From a virus: a DNA stretch of 64,000 nt. Made by a program: the position numbers and the translations under genes. Positions within the stretch are counted from its first letter, which is position 1; every line of letters begins with the position of its first letter. Positions 38,997-46,796 of the stretch are shown here, one piece after another. The notes beneath the pieces are model-generated. The model saw only the letters and a list, made by a program, of their open reading frames with translations, was not told where the DNA came from and did not search any database. The DNA is taken from IMG/VR virus record IMGVR_UViG_3300033233_000019, positions 34,913-98,912 of that record. The stretch is one strand, 5' to 3'.

Positions 38997-39345
38997 CGAA
39001 GTACATCTGGCTTGGCATCAAGCAATCGCACCTTGGCTAACTGTACTAACGCCATTAACCATCATCGGGATCGCATGGAAATTGCGTGGTTGGATCGATG
39101 ATTTCAAAGCTGGAATCGCCAGCTTCAAAGCCGGGATCGAAAACAAAATTGATGTTCTCGCTAATAATCATTTGGCTCATGCCAAGATGGATATCATCGA
39201 AGCAGTTAACGAGGGAGTGAAGGTTGAGTCGGCACAGCATCATGGCATTATCGACGCGGTAAGAGAAGCGAACGCGGACACAGCAACGGCAGTGCGCCAG
39301 AGCGGTGATCGTATCGTGGACACATTGATCGCTCTGAAGAAATAA
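38980..39345 (+). CDS. Single-TM membrane protein
   Basis: N-terminal TM followed by helix; NNHLAH. Confidence 0.6.
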   Translation: MVIQSNEVHLAWHQAIAPWLTVLTPLTIIGIAWKLRGWIDDFKAGIASFKAGIENKIDVLANNHLAHAKMDIIEAVNEGVKVESAQHHGIIDAVREANADTATAVRQSGDRIVDTLIALKK

Positions 39346-39346
39346 C

Positions 39347-39375
39347 TTGACAGAACTGCACAGCGGCGGTACACT
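39347..39375 (+). promoter_or_regulatory. Sigma70-like promoter overlapped by inverted repeat
   Basis: TTGACA-17-TACACT; ctgcacag/ctgtgcag. Confidence 0.75.
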
Positions 39376-39411
39376 GTGCAGGAAAGGTGACAAATCTAAT
39401 GACGGAGGCAA

Positions 39412-39828
39412 ATGCTGTACGACCCGAAGCGAACTAAGCAGTGCTCGAAATGTAAGAAACGGTTTAAGCATGTAAGGTTTAACAAGAACGGCAAACATGC
39501 CTCATCTTATTGTAAAGGTTGCGCCAAAATTTACAGCCAAAATTATTGGAAGAATGTACGAGCACCGAAGATATCATATAATTACGGCATAACTGAAGAG
39601 CAGTACAAACTGTTGTTGAGGCTACAGCGCAAAGTTTGCGCTATTTGTAAATGTCCTGATAAGCGGCGTTTGGGTATTGACCACGACCACATAACAGGAC
39701 AAGTACGAGGGTTGTTATGCACACGGTGTAACTTGATGTTGGGCTTGTCCAAAGACAGCATTGACCTTCTGCAAACATCCGTTGAGTATTTGAAAAGAGG
39801 GGTTAATGGTAAATCTAAAGCAGCCTAA
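39412..39828 (+). mobile_element. Free-standing EndoVII-like HNH endonuclease
   Basis: CSKC..YCKGC, IDHDH, VRGLLCTRCN. Confidence 0.9.
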
Positions 39829-40576
39829 GGTTCTTTTTTTAGACATTGAAACTCTGCCAAACATCGGATACACTTGGGGAAAATGGGATCAAAATGTGAT
39901 TGAGTTCACACAGCAATTATGCGTTGCAACATACGCAGCACGCTGGAATGATGGGCCGGTCTTTGCCAAGGCTCTACCTGATTATAAAGGGTATGTGCCG
40001 GGTTCTTACGACGACAGAGCCATTGTCGAGGATTTGTGGAAGCTGTTCGACGAAGCTGATATCATTGTCGCGCATAACGGCGACAACTTCGATGTTCGCA
40101 TGGTGCGTGGGCGCTTCCTTGTTCACGACATGAAGCCGACAGCGCCGTTCAAAACAATTGACACGAAGAAAGCCGCGAAGAAAGTCGGGCGATTCAACTC
40201 AAATTCTTTGAACGATCTTGGAAAGCTTCTGCTTGGCGAGAAGAAAATCAAGACCGACTTCGACCTGTGGAAAGGCTGCATCGAGGGCGATCCGAAGTGT
40301 TGGGCCAACATGGTGAAGTACAATAAGCAGGACGTTTGCCTTCTGGCAAAGTTGTACCACCGCTTAAAGCCTTTTATGCCCGAACACCCAAACTTCGGAT
40401 TATTCAATCAGGACGCAATTTGTCCGAAATGCGGATCAAACGATGTGCAATGGCGCGGTTATGCTCAGGCTGTCACCAGAGTATATCGACGCTTCCAGTG
40501 TAACAAATGCTCGTCTTGGGGGCGTGCTATTCACAGCGAAAAAACTAGCGGAGCAAAATACACTAATGCGGGGTAA
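39806..40576 (+). CDS. DEDD/RNase H-like 3'-5' exonuclease with C-terminal zinc ribbon
   Basis: LDIET, AHNGDNFD, YNKQDV, CPKC..CNKC. Confidence 0.85.
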   Translation: MVNLKQPKVLFLDIETLPNIGYTWGKWDQNVIEFTQQLCVATYAARWNDGPVFAKALPDYKGYVPGSYDDRAIVEDLWKLFDEADIIVAHNGDNFDVRMVRGRFLVHDMKPTAPFKTIDTKKAAKKVGRFNSNSLNDLGKLLLGEKKIKTDFDLWKGCIEGDPKCWANMVKYNKQDVCLLAKLYHRLKPFMPEHPNFGLFNQDAICPKCGSNDVQWRGYAQAVTRVYRRFQCNKCSSWGRAIHSEKTSGAKYTNAG

Positions 40577-40967
40577 GAAAGGTAAAATAACTGAATGCAT
40601 TCATGTGAATCGCTCACATTATAGCAACGGTCTGTGTAAGAGTTGCTACGTCATTCAATGGAACAATAAAACAGAAAGCCGACGAATAGAGTTCTTACAA
40701 AAGAACCGTGACCGCTCGACCAGTCGTGATTTGATGAACAATTTTGGGCTGACTGTCAGTGATTATGAATCGTTGCTAGCACAGCAGAATGGCGCATGTT
40801 TAATTTGCAAAGGCAATGCCTGTAAATACCGATTAGCTGTTGATCACAATCATAAGACAGGTAAAATTCGCGGCTTATTGTGTATGCGCTGTAACACAAA
40901 GTTGGGCTGGTACGAAAAATTTGCAAAGCAAATAGCCCAATATTTGAGTCAATCAAAGGAGGATTGA
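40566..40967 (+). mobile_element. Free-standing EndoVII-like HNH endonuclease
   Basis: CLIC, VDHNH, IRGLLCMRCN. Confidence 0.9.
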
Positions 40968-40968
40968 T

Positions 40969-41505
40969 TTGAAAGTATACTTAGCATCGGCATGGAGCCG
41001 TCGAGAGGAAATGCAGGGCATCGCTGATAATCTCAGATTGATGGGACACGAGATTACCTCTCGCTGGCTTGTCAATGAGAAAGATTCCAGCACGTTCCCG
41101 GATGACGGGAAAGCTTCGCAGATCGACAATGATGCACGCGAAGCTAAACACACGGTCAACGCTCTTCACGACGTTGAAGACGTATTGGCTGCAGACGCAA
41201 TTGTTCGTTTCTCAGACGCACCTGAAATGGTGTGGCCGTTAGTGCCAGCACGCTTGCTTTCGGGCGCACGCAATTTTGAGTTTGGTGTCATGTACACCGC
41301 TGACGTTATTGCGAATAGTTTGGAAGACAGAACAGTTCAGGCTTACTACAACGGTAACATAGTTGTCGGAAAGCGCAGGTTGATGTTCGTGGTAGATGGC
41401 AAGCAAAATATCTTTGACCGATTGCCGGAAGTCATGCACGTAAAAGACGTGAATCAGTTGTACGAAGTATTCAAACGGGCAGCGGAATTAGAACGGGGAG
41501 AATAG
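40969..41505 (+). CDS. Nucleoside 2-deoxyribosyltransferase-like protein
   Basis: KVYLAS, D...ADAIV, G...EFG. Confidence 0.65.
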   Translation: MKVYLASAWSRREEMQGIADNLRLMGHEITSRWLVNEKDSSTFPDDGKASQIDNDAREAKHTVNALHDVEDVLAADAIVRFSDAPEMVWPLVPARLLSGARNFEFGVMYTADVIANSLEDRTVQAYYNGNIVVGKRRLMFVVDGKQNIFDRLPEVMHVKDVNQLYEVFKRAAELERGE

Positions 41506-41507
41506 GC

Positions 41508-41927
41508 ATGGCAAGCGTTGTGATCGATAGTGTTAAAGATTCGGGCGAACGGCAGGAATTCACAACCGGAGCGGTAAGAGACACACAAGGCAAAAAGGGA
41601 TTTTTTTATTTGCTGCCGATGGTATCGCTGTTCTTGGTGTCTCGTGTCTACGAAGACGGAGCGACTAAATATGCTGCGCGAAATTGGGAAAAGGGTATTC
41701 CGATTAGCCGTTTTATTGATTCGGCTATGAGGCATCTAGCGAAATACATGGATGGACATCGTGACGAGCCGCATCTTTCACAGGCGGCATGGAATATTCT
41801 TGGAGCGTTGTGGACAGCGGCAAAGATTCATCTTAGTTTGTTACCAAAAGAGTTAAACGATCTTCCCAATAATGCTGCGCCATTGTCGCCGCACGAAGAA
41901 GAAAGCTTGAAGACTTGGACGGCGTAA
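41508..41927 (+). CDS. dATP/dGTP diphosphohydrolase-like (DUF5664)
   Basis: F.TGAVRD, GA.KY..RNWEKG, SAMRH, HL..AAWN. Confidence 0.85.
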   Translation: MASVVIDSVKDSGERQEFTTGAVRDTQGKKGFFYLLPMVSLFLVSRVYEDGATKYAARNWEKGIPISRFIDSAMRHLAKYMDGHRDEPHLSQAAWNILGALWTAAKIHLSLLPKELNDLPNNAAPLSPHEEESLKTWTA

Positions 41928-42101
41928 ATGCCATATAGTGACAAAAACAAAGAAAAAGCGTATAGACTCACGACAAACGGAAAGACAATGCATAACTTCA
42001 ATTGGGTAACGGTTTCGGAGAGAATCGTGGCCGGGTTTATTAGCGGCATTCTGTCAGGCATCGTTGTCGCCGTGATCTTGATGCATTTATTGAAACACTA
42101 A
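41928..42101 (+). CDS. 57 aa membrane protein, possibly chimeric
   Basis: MPYSDKNKEKAY N-terminus + C-terminal TM. Confidence 0.45.
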   Translation: MPYSDKNKEKAYRLTTNGKTMHNFNWVTVSERIVAGFISGILSGIVVAVILMHLLKH

Positions 42102-42102
42102 T

Positions 42103-42177
42103 CAGGGTATAGCTCAGATGTAGAGCACACCGTTTGGGGCGGTGGGGTCGGAGACTCAAGCCCTCCTACCTTGACCA
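42103..42177 (+). tRNA. tRNA-Pro(TGG), non-canonical T arm
   Basis: cagggta/taccttg, caccg-tt TGG gg-cggtg, CCA; T loop ctcaagc. Confidence 0.8.
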
Positions 42178-42185
42178 TTTATAAA

Positions 42186-42345
42186 GCCAGCGCGTCTACG
42201 CGGATTCGTAGACCCCGTGCTGCCGGGGCCGTGAGGCGGGTGGCGCAAATTTGAATTGCAAGCAGGTTCGCCCTTGCTCGTGAGAGCGTAAATCCAGTCG
42301 CCTGTGTACGGTTGGGAAGCGCGTATAGGCAACCGACGAATTTAT
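42186..42345 (+). ncRNA. Candidate structured RNA between tRNAs
   Basis: Hairpins gtctacg/cgtagac, ccccg/cgggg, two GTGA tetraloops. Confidence 0.5.
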
Positions 42346-42422
42346 AGCGGGATGGAGAAGTCTGGTATCTCGTCTGGCTCATAACCAGAAGATCGAGGGT
42401 TCAAATCCCTCTTCCGCAACCA
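42346..42422 (+). tRNA. tRNA-Met(CAT), initiator-like
   Basis: 1:72 mismatch, tctgg-ct CAT aa-ccaga, GTTCAAATC, ACCA. Confidence 0.9.
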
Positions 42423-42567
42423 CTGAGACGGAGACACGGGTTCGACTCCCGTACTGGCACCGACTAACGATTAAGTCCGTAAGCGGATACGCTGTAAGGA
42501 CAGTGCCGCAAGGCTGAAAATAATCCGTTAGTCCCGGTTAGTTCAATGGAAGAACACCGTCATTATT
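42423..42567 (+). ncRNA. Circularly permuted tRNA-like RNA (YrlA/Y-RNA-like or split tRNA)
   Basis: 3' tRNA half (gacgg-agac-acggg TTCGACT cccgt-actggca) precedes 5' half (ccggt-ta-gttc aatggaa gaac-a-ccgtc). Confidence 0.75.
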
Positions 42568-42642
42568 TGTAGGATGGCAGATTGGCTATGCGCGGCACTG
42601 TTAATGCCGACGAGACAGGTTCGATTCCTGTTCCTACAGCCA
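42568..42642 (+). tRNA. tRNA-Asn(GTT)
   Basis: tgtagga/tcctaca, cggca-ct GTT aa-tgccg, GCCA. Confidence 0.9.
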
Positions 42643-42650
42643 TTTGAAAG

Positions 42651-42756
42651 TGTCTTAGACTAACAACCTAAGACGTGGTACGTTCTCAGACGTAAACTGA
42701 ATTGGCTGGCTCCTGCACTACCGTTAGGCTACACTAGAGTATGTGCGAACTGCCAT
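42651..42756 (+). ncRNA. Candidate structured RNA after tRNA-Asn
   Basis: gtcttag/ctaagac; gtggta..gttc / gaac..tgccat enclosing tcag-acgtaaa-ctga. Confidence 0.4.
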
Positions 42757-42787
42757 CGAGAAGTTGAATACGAAAAGGACAACTCCC

Positions 42788-43117
42788 ATGAAATACGAAC
42801 ATGAGAATCTAATCGAAGAAAATCTTGAACCCACTCAAGAAGAAAGTGAAGAAGTAATACATTGTGGTCAGCCACTCGATCCCACAAGCGGTTTTGTCAG
42901 GGAGCATGACTACATCATCAGCCGTACAACTGGTGCAGCCGTGGAAGTAAAATTTGGTCCACAGCCGGGAAATCTTGTACCTGCTAACCCTTTCGCTAGT
43001 TTAGCGCAAGCCGGATACTTACATAGTCATCCCGAAATTCTTGGTAAAGATAAGCTTGCTGAATTCGACAAGGCTTCCAAAGGGCGCAAGATTCCTTACA
43101 AAGTAAAGAAAGGGTAA
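42788..43117 (+). CDS. Hypothetical protein
   Basis: AAGGA RBS; C-terminal PF.S.AQ..Y.H.HPE motif. Confidence 0.65.
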   Translation: MKYEHENLIEENLEPTQEESEEVIHCGQPLDPTSGFVREHDYIISRTTGAAVEVKFGPQPGNLVPANPFASLAQAGYLHSHPEILGKDKLAEFDKASKGRKIPYKVKKG

Positions 43118-43119
43118 TC

Positions 43120-43425
43120 ATGCCGATTGGCAAAGTTAACGACGATTTGAACATCACGGGCGATACTTTCAAAAACGGTACTCCTATTAACGAACCACAT
43201 GAGTTTGGAACACCAGTGACGCTGCCGCACGATTTCGGCAATGATATCCCCATCTCTGATCCTACAAAGAATTCTAATCCGGTGACATGGCCTACACCTG
43301 ACCCAAAGCACTTCGGAAATGTTTTTAATTTAGGGCCATTAGTAACTTCTGGTTTTGAACTGGAAGACGGATTAGGCGTGTCATTGTTAGAGAACGGCGA
43401 CATTCTCCTATTGGAAGTACAGTAA
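43120..43425 (+). CDS. Hypothetical protein with PH(E/D)FG repeats and LLE.GD.LLLE tail
   Basis: Translation. Confidence 0.6.
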   Translation: MPIGKVNDDLNITGDTFKNGTPINEPHEFGTPVTLPHDFGNDIPISDPTKNSNPVTWPTPDPKHFGNVFNLGPLVTSGFELEDGLGVSLLENGDILLLEVQ

Positions 43426-43434
43426 AGGAAAATT

Positions 43435-44007
43435 ATGGCAAACACAAAAATTTCAGCTTTAACAAATGGCAATCCCGCACAATCCGGTGACTTGATTCCT
43501 ATCGCTCGGGCAGGTTCTAATTTTTCAATAACTGCGGGGAGTGTCACTGCGTTGGCTACAAAAAGCATAACTGTGCATCTAACTAGTTCTGATATTTTAG
43601 CTCTTAATTCCATTCCTTTTGAAATTGTGCCTGCTCCCGGTCCCGGAAAAGTTATCGTACCTTCGATGATAAAGTGGTCTTATGTCTTTGATACTCAAGC
43701 TTATGTCGGCGGAAGCGACTTATTCTTAATTTTGAATGCTAATTCAAATACATTTATCTTCTCGACTGTAAGTGCTTCCAGTGTGACTAATACTGCGATA
43801 GCTTCGGGATTTATTGAAATGAATGAAAGTGTAAAAGGAATCACATCTGTAATGGCTGCGGAAGACACGTTTGGTTATGTGCTTTCTAATCCCAACGCGT
43901 TAATGACGAATATTCCTTTGATGATTTTTGCTTCTGGAGCAGGATTTACGATAGGCGATGGCACTCTTGATATAAGCGTCGTCTATACCATCGAAGACAT
44001 GCCATAA
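43435..44007 (+). CDS. Tail-fibre-like protein (MANTKIS family), copy 1
   Basis: KISAL...DLIPIAR fibre N-terminus. Confidence 0.65.
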   Translation: MANTKISALTNGNPAQSGDLIPIARAGSNFSITAGSVTALATKSITVHLTSSDILALNSIPFEIVPAPGPGKVIVPSMIKWSYVFDTQAYVGGSDLFLILNANSNTFIFSTVSASSVTNTAIASGFIEMNESVKGITSVMAAEDTFGYVLSNPNALMTNIPLMIFASGAGFTIGDGTLDISVVYTIEDMP

Positions 44008-44048
44008 ACAAAGTTCCTACCGGATTTTGAAGAAAGAGGGAAAATAAA

Positions 44049-44180
44049 TTGTGGGAATTCCAACAGTCAACGGGCACGATTCTTCACAACGGAACCGTGA
44101 AATTCTCCGGCTACGCTGGTAGCGGCGCAGGAGTAATTCTTTTGGAAAACAGCGACATCTTATTGTTGGAGATTCAGTAA
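44049..44180 (+). pseudogene. Chimeric ORF: Tlde1/DUF2778-like N-terminus fused to LLE.SD.LLLE tail
   Basis: TTG start with GAGG RBS; MWEFQQSTGTILHNG...GYAG.GAG then VILLENSDILLLEIQ. Confidence 0.5.
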
Positions 44181-44767
44181 TGGCGAATACTAAAATTTCA
44201 GGACTCACAGACGGCAATCCCGCACAATCCAACGATCTCATTCCTATCGCGCGCGGCGGTGCTAACTTTTCGGTTTCAGCAGGCAGTATTTCGTCCTTGA
44301 CGGAGCAAGTCGCCGTTGTACCCGTCAGTGCTGCACAATTGAAGGACACGCTGGCGAATCCTATTGTGCTGATTCCCGCACCGGGGGCGAACGAGGTTAT
44401 CGTACCTACACAAATTCAAATCGGATATATATTCAACGGAACCCCATTTAGCAGCCCAACGGATGGGGCAGCCTGTAATGGGGCATACAATGTCAGTGGG
44501 ACGCTTATTACTACATCGTCAACTAGAGACGACGATGCGGTATGGGCGGCGACATTAGCCACTTTCTCTGGTCTTACTTCATTACTAAAAAATGCGGCGG
44601 CAAATGCAAACACGATTGAGTATAACATCCTCACAACGAGTGATGCACCATTGGAACAAATAAAGGGTCTTGGGCTGTTGATTATCAATGAAGGTTCAGA
44701 AGACTTCAACGCCGGAAATGGCTCACTGATATTCACGATTCGCTACCGCATCATTACGTTGGTGTAA
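44180..44767 (+). CDS. Tail-fibre-like protein (MANTKIS family), copy 2
   Basis: Paralog of 43435. Confidence 0.65.
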   Translation: MANTKISGLTDGNPAQSNDLIPIARGGANFSVSAGSISSLTEQVAVVPVSAAQLKDTLANPIVLIPAPGANEVIVPTQIQIGYIFNGTPFSSPTDGAACNGAYNVSGTLITTSSTRDDDAVWAATLATFSGLTSLLKNAAANANTIEYNILTTSDAPLEQIKGLGLLIINEGSEDFNAGNGSLIFTIRYRIITLV

Positions 44768-44775
44768 GGATTAAT

Positions 44776-45099
44776 ATGATTTATTTATTCATTTTAGTTT
44801 GCATGTTTTTAATTCTGTCAGACATTGCCGACACAGAGACGAGCGTCAAGATTCAGCGCGACATGGGTTACGTTGAATCTACACCGATGTATGGCAAAGG
44901 CACTCGCCCATCACGGCTAAAATTCTACACTATCTCGATGTCGCTAAATGCAGTGGCAATTGTGTTTGGTTATTTATGCTTTCATTATTTGACGCCTTAC
45001 GTTCCGGTGTGGGCAATCATCCCGATGGTATGGGGCATAAAGCACTGCATCCCGGCATGGAGTTCGTACAAGACGCTGAAGGCAGCAGGAAAGTGGTAA
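44776..45099 (+). CDS. Membrane protein
   Basis: Three hydrophobic segments. Confidence 0.6.
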   Translation: MIYLFILVCMFLILSDIADTETSVKIQRDMGYVESTPMYGKGTRPSRLKFYTISMSLNAVAIVFGYLCFHYLTPYVPVWAIIPMVWGIKHCIPAWSSYKTLKAAGKW

Positions 45100-45130
45100 T
45101 GAGCAACACACGGAGATTGGAGAAGGAATC

Positions 45131-45841
45131 ATGGACATAAAATCCGAACTGTCATGGTTGCAGAAACACGAGCGCATAATCATTGTGTTTATGGTTCTAC
45201 TTGTTGGCTGTTTCTTAGGCAACAAATGGATCAATTACAGCGCTGCTAATGCCGATGCGAAGTACGCCGCGCTGGTCGAGAAGCTTGACGAACAGCAGAA
45301 GCAGAATACTGCGAACGCCCAGCAGACCGCGTTAGCAGTTAGCCAATACCAGTCAGCAATAAACAATATGCAGTCGCAGATTACCGCATTGACCGGGGCC
45401 ATTGCCAGCCGGGATGCCGCCCTTGCCAAGAAACAGCAGCAGATCGCCAGCATGACGCTCCCACAGGTCGCGCAGGAGTGGGAAAAAGCGCTAGGATTGC
45501 CTATAAACGCTCTGCCCGTTCAAGGGGTATCTGTGGTGGTTTCGGAGCCAGCGGCACGCCAGACGGTCAGCCAATTGACAAAAACAGCCACTTTGGAAGC
45601 TAACCTGACTGACCAGAAAGCCATAACAGGTAATGTTCAGTCTGGTTTAGACTCTGCAAATAAGGTGATTTCTTCGCAAACTACTGAAATTGCAGGACTT
45701 AAATCAACAGCCGTGCTTCAGGATCAAACCTGCAAAGCAGAAGTGGCAAAAGTCAAGGCAGACGCTCGTAAATCGAAGCGAACGTGGTTCATTCTTGGAT
45801 TCGTTTCCGGGGTAGCGACACGTCTTCTGGTGAAGTTCTAA
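45131..45841 (+). CDS. Spanin-like membrane-anchored coiled-coil protein
   Basis: N-terminal TM, long coiled coil, C-terminal TM. Confidence 0.5.
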   Translation: MDIKSELSWLQKHERIIIVFMVLLVGCFLGNKWINYSAANADAKYAALVEKLDEQQKQNTANAQQTALAVSQYQSAINNMQSQITALTGAIASRDAALAKKQQQIASMTLPQVAQEWEKALGLPINALPVQGVSVVVSEPAARQTVSQLTKTATLEANLTDQKAITGNVQSGLDSANKVISSQTTEIAGLKSTAVLQDQTCKAEVAKVKADARKSKRTWFILGFVSGVATRLLVKF

Positions 45842-46185
45842 TGAAGCGGGGCAGCACACGCACGACAGTTTTGTTTACGCTGGCACTGAAGTATGGATGG
45901 GTTTGCTGGTATTGCAATTTGCCGTTGCGCCCGTCTCCAAATCGGCCCTTGGCCGAAAGCTGCCATCATGCACAATGGATTGTGAAAGACCCGGTTGTTC
46001 ACATCGATCACATTATTCCAGTTTGTGCTGGCGGCACAGATGATATCGAGAATCTTGCATTGGCTTGCGAATTTTGTAATCGCGCCAAGCTGAATCTCGA
46101 TGCAGCAACATTTTTAGAATGGCTTGATCGAATCCGAAGTGTTGATGCATGGACACCGATTCGTGATGGTCGTAAAAAGTTCTAA
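45841..46185 (+). CDS. HNH endonuclease (HNHc)
   Basis: CWYC, HIDHIIP..GG..NL..ACEFCN..K. Confidence 0.9.
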   Translation: MKRGSTRTTVLFTLALKYGWVCWYCNLPLRPSPNRPLAESCHHAQWIVKDPVVHIDHIIPVCAGGTDDIENLALACEFCNRAKLNLDAATFLEWLDRIRSVDAWTPIRDGRKKF

Positions 46186-46188
46186 CGT

Positions 46189-46262
46189 GGGCGGTTCGTT
46201 TAACGGGAAGATTATTCGCTTGCACCGAATGGATCAGGGTTCGATTCCCTGACTGTCCACCA
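46189..46262 (+). tRNA. tRNA-Ala(TGC)
   Basis: G3:U70, attcg-ct TGC ac-cgaat, GTTCGATTC, ACCA. Confidence 0.85.
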
Positions 46263-46318
46263 AACTTTGTAATGCAGAAAGGAGTCACATGACTATAGTA
46301 AAGTAGTGAGGTAGTCAT

Positions 46319-46555
46319 ATGGCTGGAAACGCGCATGGCAGTCGCCACCGCAAACACTTCGGCGGGATCACTCCCGCTGACTGCATGTACTGTGAAAATG
46401 GTACTCACCAAAACAAAAACGGTCACCGTCACAATCCCGCAAGCAAACGCGCTGGACGACGTAACGAGGCCGCAAAGGTTCAAAAGCATCAGGGCAAGAT
46501 CGTTTACCACAAGCAGGAAGGTTACGATTTCCATTCCCCTGTGTTCCGTAAATAA
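46319..46555 (+). CDS. Small basic His-rich protein
   Basis: GAGGT RBS; CMYC. Confidence 0.5.
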   Translation: MAGNAHGSRHRKHFGGITPADCMYCENGTHQNKNGHRHNPASKRAGRRNEAAKVQKHQGKIVYHKQEGYDFHSPVFRK

Positions 46556-46704
46556 CTCGCGGCCCCACCATGTGTGGGAGTCGTTTTAGATGCCGTTAGC
46601 CCGGTTAGCGGCATTGGTCTTGACGGGCTGGTTGCCCGGATATCGCCTTCAAGGGCGGAATAGCGGAAGGATTTGATGCCTTTCGGGGTTTCGCCAAGTT
46701 CTGA

Positions 46705-46778
46705 GCGGACATGGTATAGAGGCTGTGCCGTAGGTTACCACCCTGCTGACGCGAGTCCGACTCTCGCTGTCCGCTCCA
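46705..46778 (+). tRNA. tRNA-Gly(ACC)
   Basis: gcggaca/tgtccgc, U73-CCA, gtagg-tt ACC ac-cctgc. Confidence 0.8.
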
Positions 46779-46796
46779 ATTCTTTTCTGAGGATCA

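Noticed and set aside
42179-42382. 67 aa minus-strand ORF
   Set aside because: Antisense to tRNA-fMet and structured RNA
42423-42567. Permuted tmRNA
   Set aside because: Has a full D arm, the G-U pair is not at 3:70, and there is no tag reading frame
43435-44300. DGR template/variable repeat pair
   Set aside because: Differences are synonymous and not adenine-specific; no reverse transcriptase in the window
46335-46589. 84 aa ORF MAVATANT...
   Set aside because: Overlaps 46319, which has the RBS, and runs into the hairpin array
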